Source of the DNA: Fibrobacteria bacterium
GTDB taxonomy: Bacteria; Fibrobacterota; Fibrobacteria; UBA11236
Direction: 5' to 3'
Assembly (NCBI GenBank): GCA_041746255.1
Contig: JBGTHM010000019.1
Location: 1-64,000 of the forward strand
Length of the DNA: 64,000 bases
Positions 58,292 through 64,000 of the stretch are shown here, piece by piece. The first letter of the stretch is position 1; the number at the start of each line of letters is the position of its first letter. The position numbers were made by a program, and so were the translations under genes. Below the pieces are notes generated by a model, which had not been told where the DNA came from, searched no databases, and was given only the letters and a program-made list of their open reading frames with translations.

Positions 58292-58866
58292 GGCGATATA
58301 CCTTCAGTTTGGGTGTCGTGTGGAAACAGAATTGGGCGCAGCGGGAAATATATTCACTAATTTTCTTTTCCGCAATGGGTTTTACAAATCCGGCCTCGAG
58401 CCAAGGCTATTATGGCAGGAACTGTCTTATCTCCGCTGAAAATGGTGACTGCGGAGGCGTTTTCATGCCTTGATAACGAGCATTAGTAAATCGAAGCCCT
58501 TTTAATCACCCAAGCGAAGCAGCTGTGTACAGGGCTTTCCGCGCCCTTAGGAGGGAGGGTGGGGGGTCGAGACTTGGGAAATTGATGGGTTTCTTTCGCG
58601 TCGTGTATGATACTCCGTTACCCAGGATGTAAGTCCAACTGATTGAAGACCTGGAATACGTGGCCTCTCAAAAGCACTGTCCTGGATGGCTTTTCAACCC
58701 CGTTGTCGACGGTAACACAACCGGGAAATTTAATTGTCGTTAATCGGGGGGTATTGGATTTGGAAAGGGGAATCGAGTTAACCAGGCAACAATCCAAAAA
58801 TAGGCTGCATAATTTTATTTATCGTTTGTAAAATGATGCGTTCCAACTAATTAACAATTCGGTTTT

Positions 58867-60003
58867 TCAAATGCAGGAAGCGTACAAGGATTCGACATTA
58901 TCGATTTCCCGGGTTACGTCATGGGACGCTAGAATATGCTCTCTGCCCGCTCTTCCCATATCGGGCCACTTGCTGCTGTGACTCAATAGCCTTTCCAGGT
59001 TTTGACTATAGGCTTGGAGGTCTCCTTCAGGTGATAGAAAACCGGCCTTCCCATCGGGCACAACATAAGGGATATCGTCGTGTAGGGTGGAGAGAATGGG
59101 AATCCCGCAGGCCTGAGCCTCCAACAGTACCGTGGGTGCGCCACCTTCGCTATCTCCGTCAATCGCCGTGCGTGAGGGTTGCAGCAGAATATCGTGCTTA
59201 TCAAGCACGTCGATTAAATCCGCAGGCGGCACATAACCAGCCCATTGGATTTTGTCCGTGAGTCCAGCTTCATCGGCTTGCCGCTCCAAAGCGGGCCGCA
59301 GCGGGCCGTCACCGATAATGGTTAAGGTGAAAGGAGCTGATCCAATCTTGCCCTTCAAAGCGCCCAGTGCGGCTAGGGCGTGATCCAAGCCCTTTTTTTC
59401 CACAAGGCGGCCCACAAAGAGAAATCGTACCGGGCGGATTCCGTCCCAGGTGCGCTCCCGAAACGGATAAATCTTGGGATCGATGGCGATGCGCTTGATG
59501 TGGATCTTGTGGGAAGGACAGCCGAGTGCGAGAAGCCGCTTCTGCATGCGGGGTCCTTCCACGAAAAATCCCGCGCCGATACGGAATAATTCGGCATAGC
59601 CGCTGCGGCTGCGTTGCAAGAAGGAATTATGAGAGAGATCGTAACCATAAAAATTGGTAAAAACCGGTAGTTTCAGTCTACGGAAAAGCGAGAGTGAGAC
59701 AACGGCGCGGTAGCCAAAATGGGCATGTATAAGAGCGGGACGGTGATGGGAGATTTCCGAAAGGCAATCGGCATAGGAGACCTGGGGATAGCGACCGATT
59801 AGTCTGGCAATGAAAGATGCCGGCAAACTTTTTTTCACGGTGCAGCGGATGAATGGGTCACCGGCAAGCGGGAAACGATCGACATTCCGCCAATCCTGTG
59901 CCAAAATCAACGGAGGAAATTTTTTGGCTACACGCAAATATTGCCAAATGAAGGATTCCGTTATGGGAAGGTAGGAATTTAGAAGGTGGAGGCAAGTCGG
60001 CAT
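58867..60003 (-). CDS. GT4 glycosyltransferase (WcaL-like)
   Basis: ESFI, HAHFG, VGRLVEKKG and DGDSEGGAP.VLLEA motifs. Confidence 0.92.
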   Translation of the reverse strand: MPTCLHLLNSYLPITESFIWQYLRVAKKFPPLILAQDWRNVDRFPLAGDPFIRCTVKKSLPASFIARLIGRYPQVSYADCLSEISHHRPALIHAHFGYRAVVSLSLFRRLKLPVFTNFYGYDLSHNSFLQRSRSGYAELFRIGAGFFVEGPRMQKRLLALGCPSHKIHIKRIAIDPKIYPFRERTWDGIRPVRFLFVGRLVEKKGLDHALAALGALKGKIGSAPFTLTIIGDGPLRPALERQADEAGLTDKIQWAGYVPPADLIDVLDKHDILLQPSRTAIDGDSEGGAPTVLLEAQACGIPILSTLHDDIPYVVPDGKAGFLSPEGDLQAYSQNLERLLSHSSKWPDMGRAGREHILASHDVTREIDNVESLYASCI

Positions 60004-60091
60004 GGGAATTCCGTGTGCTGAAATTTACTATACATTGCTATGTTGCGACCCTTGTGCAGGTAAGGTAGCTTTTACATAATCTCGTACCAAA

Positions 60092-61066
60092 TTGGGCATC
60101 AAATTGAAAGTTACTCTCTGTTCGGAATCAATGTGGCGTCAACTAGCGAGTAGGGATGCATCGTGCACATTTTTCCAGACACCTGATTGGTTGAAAGTGA
60201 CCGCCGAGTTTGAACACGCTCATATCCACCCCCTACTTTTCGAATGGTCTGAAGTGCGTGCGGTACTTCCATTGCTTCGACGTCGAAGGATTTTATGGAA
60301 TCGATATTTCAGCCCTTTCGGAACATATTCCGGTTTAATAGCTTCGGGTGTTCTGAGAGCGGAACAGCTTACGGAGGTGGCCGAATACCTCTCGGGGTTT
60401 AGCGTTTTGCTGGTGAACAATCCCTTCTCGCAGAACAAGATCATGCTTCAAGAGTCACTGGCCGATTTCACCAGCGTCGTATTCCTCGAAGGACGGGATG
60501 AGAAGTCAGTAATGGCAGATTGGGAGCGCGATGCAAGGAGGATGGCGCGGCTGGGTGATAAGAACGGAGTACAGATCCGCTTGGCCACAGTGGAGAGCGA
60601 TATAGCAGCCTATGACAATGTCTATCGCCAAACCCTTAATCGGTGGACAGGAAAGGTCCGTTCGGCTTATCCCCTTGCTTTATTCCACAAACTTTGGACC
60701 GAAGTGGGAACGACTTCTTCCCTGCGCCTGTGGGTAGCCGAAAGAAAGGGTGTAGTTGAAGGCGGCTGTTTCGTCTTTTACCATAACCGCCACGCGGTGC
60801 TCTGGCATGGGGCGACATTGCCCGAGAGCTATGCTTTGGGAGTGACCCAGCTCTTGTATCGAGAAATAGTACTCGACGCTTTGCGGCGAGAATTCGCCCT
60901 CTGTGACTTCAATCCCAGCTCGGGCCTGACGGGGGTGCGCGCTTTCAAGAAAAGCCTGGGTACCTGGGAGGTAGACTTGTCGGTGCAAATCGCCCGCAGC
61001 CCCTTATCCCAGGTGATGCAAAAGGTAAAGGCGGTATTGCCTTCAAGGGCCAAAGAACAAAGTTGA
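60092..61066 (+). CDS. GNAT/FemAB-like acyltransferase
   Basis: TFFQTPDW, PFGTY.G and DFNPSSGL.GV..FKKSLG motifs. Confidence 0.82.
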   Translation: MGIKLKVTLCSESMWRQLASRDASCTFFQTPDWLKVTAEFEHAHIHPLLFEWSEVRAVLPLLRRRRILWNRYFSPFGTYSGLIASGVLRAEQLTEVAEYLSGFSVLLVNNPFSQNKIMLQESLADFTSVVFLEGRDEKSVMADWERDARRMARLGDKNGVQIRLATVESDIAAYDNVYRQTLNRWTGKVRSAYPLALFHKLWTEVGTTSSLRLWVAERKGVVEGGCFVFYHNRHAVLWHGATLPESYALGVTQLLYREIVLDALRREFALCDFNPSSGLTGVRAFKKSLGTWEVDLSVQIARSPLSQVMQKVKAVLPSRAKEQS

Positions 61067-61123
61067 AGCCTCAGACCGCGCCATCATTGGCAGAATGGGT
61101 GCCCCAATCCGCGACGATGCCTC

Positions 61124-62827
61124 TCAGCGGGTGAGACCATCCACGGAAAAGATCTTCCAACGTATAGGCTGAGATGGACCCAAAGCCAGCGTTCTTTCCC
61201 GTAATACTCCGGTAACGAAGCGGCGTTCCTCCGGCAGCGTATCAAAGAGGCTGAGCCCATGTCTTGTGACTATCTCGGAGGGGTCAAATCCCATCAAATC
61301 AAGCAGGGTCGGGGTAATGGCGAAATGGCTGGCGCGATTGAAGTTGAGCTCGGCGGCCTCTTTTAGTCGGGAGCGTAAAGAGGGGATATCCGTGAAAGCC
61401 AGCAAGGGCACCAGTCCCTCATGGCTATGGGCATTCTCCACAACGCAATGTGTGAAGAGCAGGCCGTTGTCCAATAGATTTTGACCATGGTCCGAGGTAT
61501 ATATGATCACGGCATTTTCGAATACGGCGTTCTGCAAAAACTCCGAGAACCAGGCGTCGATAGACCAGCGCACCAGGTTCATATAAGCGTTGGTTAAGGC
61601 TTCCCGTCGCTTTTCGAGGGGGTCCGGCGAGTTATTCCCCTGATGGGGATGAAAGTGGAGGGCCGTATCCGGCACCCGGTGGTCAAATGGAAAATGTACT
61701 CCGGCTTTTATCACGAAAATGAATCTCGGTATCGTATCTTGAATGTGCATCTTTATCAGGCGCGCAGCATCGAGATCGCGATCCTTCTCGCTCGACCCTT
61801 CCGCATAGATAAATTGATCGATGAGCCGGGTTTCCGTGTGGGATAGCCTATTATTGAGAGTCCCTCTTTCCGCTTGGGCCTCGATGTAGACGGTGGCGTA
61901 TCCGGCAGCCTTTGCATATTGCCATAAAGAGGGATTGCGATCCAGACTTGCATTAAAATCCATCGGGTCTATTCCATAACGCAATATGAGATTACTGGTG
62001 GAGCTGCAATTTCCGCCCGCCGAGGCGTATCCGAAATTTACGGGGCGATCCCGAAACCGATGTAATCCGGGAGTGACGCCGCGATCCTGGTTGAGGTCCA
62101 AGAAATCCGCTCGCACACTTTCGTCGACAACCAGAACAATATGCCGTGGGGAGGATCTTGTCGGGCGAATGTCCACGGGATCCCTCTCCACCTTTCCCGT
62201 AATTGCTGCATCCATGGCTAACAAAACCAATAAACTCGGGATTTTATAGGTATCCGGCAGGCCCAGGGTTCCATAGCCGCCCCGCAAAAGACCTAGGAAA
62301 AAGATAACGGCTACCGGGACAAAGGGTGCGATAAGGAGAATCGGCTTCCAAAAGCCAGGGGCGAAGCAAAAACCGGAGAGAGCGGGTGGTGGAGCCAGGA
62401 ATAAAAGAAAGCCGAGTGCCAAGACCATTAATGGAGCGGCCAAGGTGGGTCCTAAGAATGTCGCGGCCTCATCTGCAAAGGCTCGGTTTTCCCATAAACC
62501 TGCCAAAGCGGGAAAGTCCAAATCGGCCCCGGTGGAGTTCCTATACGCCAACCCCAGCGCTGCGGCGGGACACAGGATAAAGGCCGCTGAAAACCTTATC
62601 CGTATGGAAGGGTGGAGCATGCCGACGGCTAAACCGAATAGGCAAAGAGCCCACACCAGCAAAAAGCCGATGGGGCCGATATAAGCGGGATAAAAAAGCC
62701 GCAATTCCGCGACTCTTTCAATAAAACCGGCTTGTGTGAGTATTACAAAAGGTAGGCCTGTTGAAAGTTTGGTTGCTCCGAATATCCAAGGGGAAAGGGG
62801 TAGGCGGCGAGTTGGCGGTTTGTTCAT
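61124..62827 (-). CDS. Membrane sulfatase-fold phospho-substituent transferase (EptA/LtaS-like)
   Basis: N-terminal TM helices; VVDESVRAD, NCS, GVHFP, YTSDHG and H motifs. Confidence 0.8.
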   Translation of the reverse strand: MNKPPTRRLPLSPWIFGATKLSTGLPFVILTQAGFIERVAELRLFYPAYIGPIGFLLVWALCLFGLAVGMLHPSIRIRFSAAFILCPAAALGLAYRNSTGADLDFPALAGLWENRAFADEAATFLGPTLAAPLMVLALGFLLFLAPPPALSGFCFAPGFWKPILLIAPFVPVAVIFFLGLLRGGYGTLGLPDTYKIPSLLVLLAMDAAITGKVERDPVDIRPTRSSPRHIVLVVDESVRADFLDLNQDRGVTPGLHRFRDRPVNFGYASAGGNCSSTSNLILRYGIDPMDFNASLDRNPSLWQYAKAAGYATVYIEAQAERGTLNNRLSHTETRLIDQFIYAEGSSEKDRDLDAARLIKMHIQDTIPRFIFVIKAGVHFPFDHRVPDTALHFHPHQGNNSPDPLEKRREALTNAYMNLVRWSIDAWFSEFLQNAVFENAVIIYTSDHGQNLLDNGLLFTHCVVENAHSHEGLVPLLAFTDIPSLRSRLKEAAELNFNRASHFAITPTLLDLMGFDPSEIVTRHGLSLFDTLPEERRFVTGVLRERTLALGPSQPIRWKIFSVDGLTR

Positions 62828-62828
62828 A

Positions 62829-63518
62829 TCAGGCAGGTTTTTCCACCGCGATAAGATAAGCCCAGGTCCACTTCTCGTTGGGATCGAGACGGTTCAGGAT
62901 ATAGCCTATGCCTTGAAATACTAAGCCCAAAATCGGTATCACGGGAATATATCGCAGCGGCCCCCTATTGAAAGCGAAAAGTTTATAAACCAGCAATTGT
63001 AAAAAGGTGACCCAAAAACCGGATAGAGCGTTGAGCTCCAGAATGCGAAAGCCTTTTTTTTCGAAGAGATAGCGTAGGCCGTATTTTGTGAAGCGGTAAA
63101 AGTCACGGGGCTCCTCATGCAAATGCCAGATGAAGGGCACGGTGTAAATCGCCCTGCCACCCGGCTTCAAGACCCGGAATGCCTCCCCGATGGCGGTTTC
63201 AGGCTCTTCCAAGTGCTCAAGCACGGCCGTGCACAGAACGGAATCGACGGAGCTTTCAGCTAAGGGTATCGCGAATGCCGATGCAAAAACGTCCACCGCA
63301 TGGGTATCATGCTGGCTACCGGGGTGGTCCAAGGCGATATGCTTTTGGACATGCCCTCCTGCCATGCTTGCCAGGGGTTTTTCCCCGCAGCCTATATCGA
63401 GCAGGGTGCCGAATAAATATTTTGGAATGGCCGCGTTGAGTGCCCTGCCTCCCAGGGAGCGTATAAGCAGGTTTTTGCTGTTCTCCATGGCCGACAGCCA
63501 TATCCGTTTGGAGTTCAA
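62829..63518 (-). CDS. Class I SAM methyltransferase
   Basis: LDIGCGEKP, VLEH, RVLKPGG and VPF.W.LHEEP.DFYRFT motifs. Confidence 0.9.
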   Translation of the reverse strand: MNSKRIWLSAMENSKNLLIRSLGGRALNAAIPKYLFGTLLDIGCGEKPLASMAGGHVQKHIALDHPGSQHDTHAVDVFASAFAIPLAESSVDSVLCTAVLEHLEEPETAIGEAFRVLKPGGRAIYTVPFIWHLHEEPRDFYRFTKYGLRYLFEKKGFRILELNALSGFWVTFLQLLVYKLFAFNRGPLRYIPVIPILGLVFQGIGYILNRLDPNEKWTWAYLIAVEKPA

Positions 63519-64000
63519 GCCGAAACATCTCCAGCGGGGATTATTCCGTCATTCTTCGCTGCGAGCATCACCTTGGTAAAGGCATGGATAACATCTTCAA
63601 TGTCTTTTTCCCGGAGCGCGGCGCTCAAAGGCAGGCTGAGGGTACGATTACCGATGGTCGCGGCATGAGGATAATCCTCGCTACGCCACCCGAAGCGATT
63701 TCGATAATAAGGGTGATCGCAAAGTGACCGGTAATGTACTCCCACGCCGATATTTTCGGACGTCATGGCCTCAAGCACCCAATCACGTCCTTTTCCATTT
63801 TGCGCTGCCAATTCCGGTCCCGAATCACCTCCCTTTCCCACCTGCACGGTATAGAGATGGTAAGCATGTTTTTCTGAAGCAGCGGGCTCTGTCGGTAGAA
63901 TGCAGGGTAAACCCGCGAATGCGGCTTGATAGCGATTCCATACTAAGCGACGCTTCTCCCAATTGGCGTCGAGTCGGCGTAGTTGGTGCAGACCCAACGC
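63515..64000 (-). CDS. DegT/DnrJ sugar aminotransferase, C-terminal part (continues past window)
   Basis: GL.QL.RL, HAYHLY, IGVGVHY and LSLPL motifs. Confidence 0.9.
   Translation of the reverse strand, partial: ALGLHQLRRLDANWEKRRLVWNRYQAAFAGLPCILPTEPAASEKHAYHLYTVQVGKGGDSGPELAAQNGKGRDWVLEAMTSENIGVGVHYRSLCDHPYYRNRFGWRSEDYPHAATIGNRTLSLPLSAALREKDIEDVIHAFTKVMLAAKNDGIIPAGDVSA

Noticed and set aside
58600..58831. 62-aa ORF with PGNLIVVNRGVL, faintly like an M48 peptidase fragment
   Set aside because: No HExxH and no good start; cannot be supported without a search.

Overview
Bacterial chromosomal window of about 55 CDS. It is probably from an FCB-group organism, most likely Fibrobacterota; this is inferred from the PorV- and PorZ-like proteins, short basic T9SS-like C-terminal tails and the punA-ileS2-dksA order. 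The window opens inside an IS21-family end that truncates a secreted protein. Housekeeping genes include ssb, fmt, rsmB, aroC, rpe, pdxA, sdaA, ettA, punA, ileS, lpxK and feoAB. It also holds a peptidoglycan-salvage set (NamZ, MurU-like, AmgK-like), two surface-glycan modification clusters (3.2-11 kb and 58.9-64 kb) and a type IV AbiE toxin-antitoxin pair with two candidate operators. Further elements are c-di-GMP proteins (HD-GYP, degenerate-GGDEF/EAL, PilZ) and two copies of a TWA-flanked MITE. The best novelty candidates are a T9SS-like locus (a PorV-TPR-pseudo-metallophosphoesterase-TolB propeller fusion coupled to DUF2225, divergent from an atypical lpxK-porZ operon) and a secreted three-repeat protein whose loops resemble protease-inhibitor reactive sites. 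No rRNA, tRNA or CRISPR array was seen. All calls come from motif recognition by eye; no searches were run.
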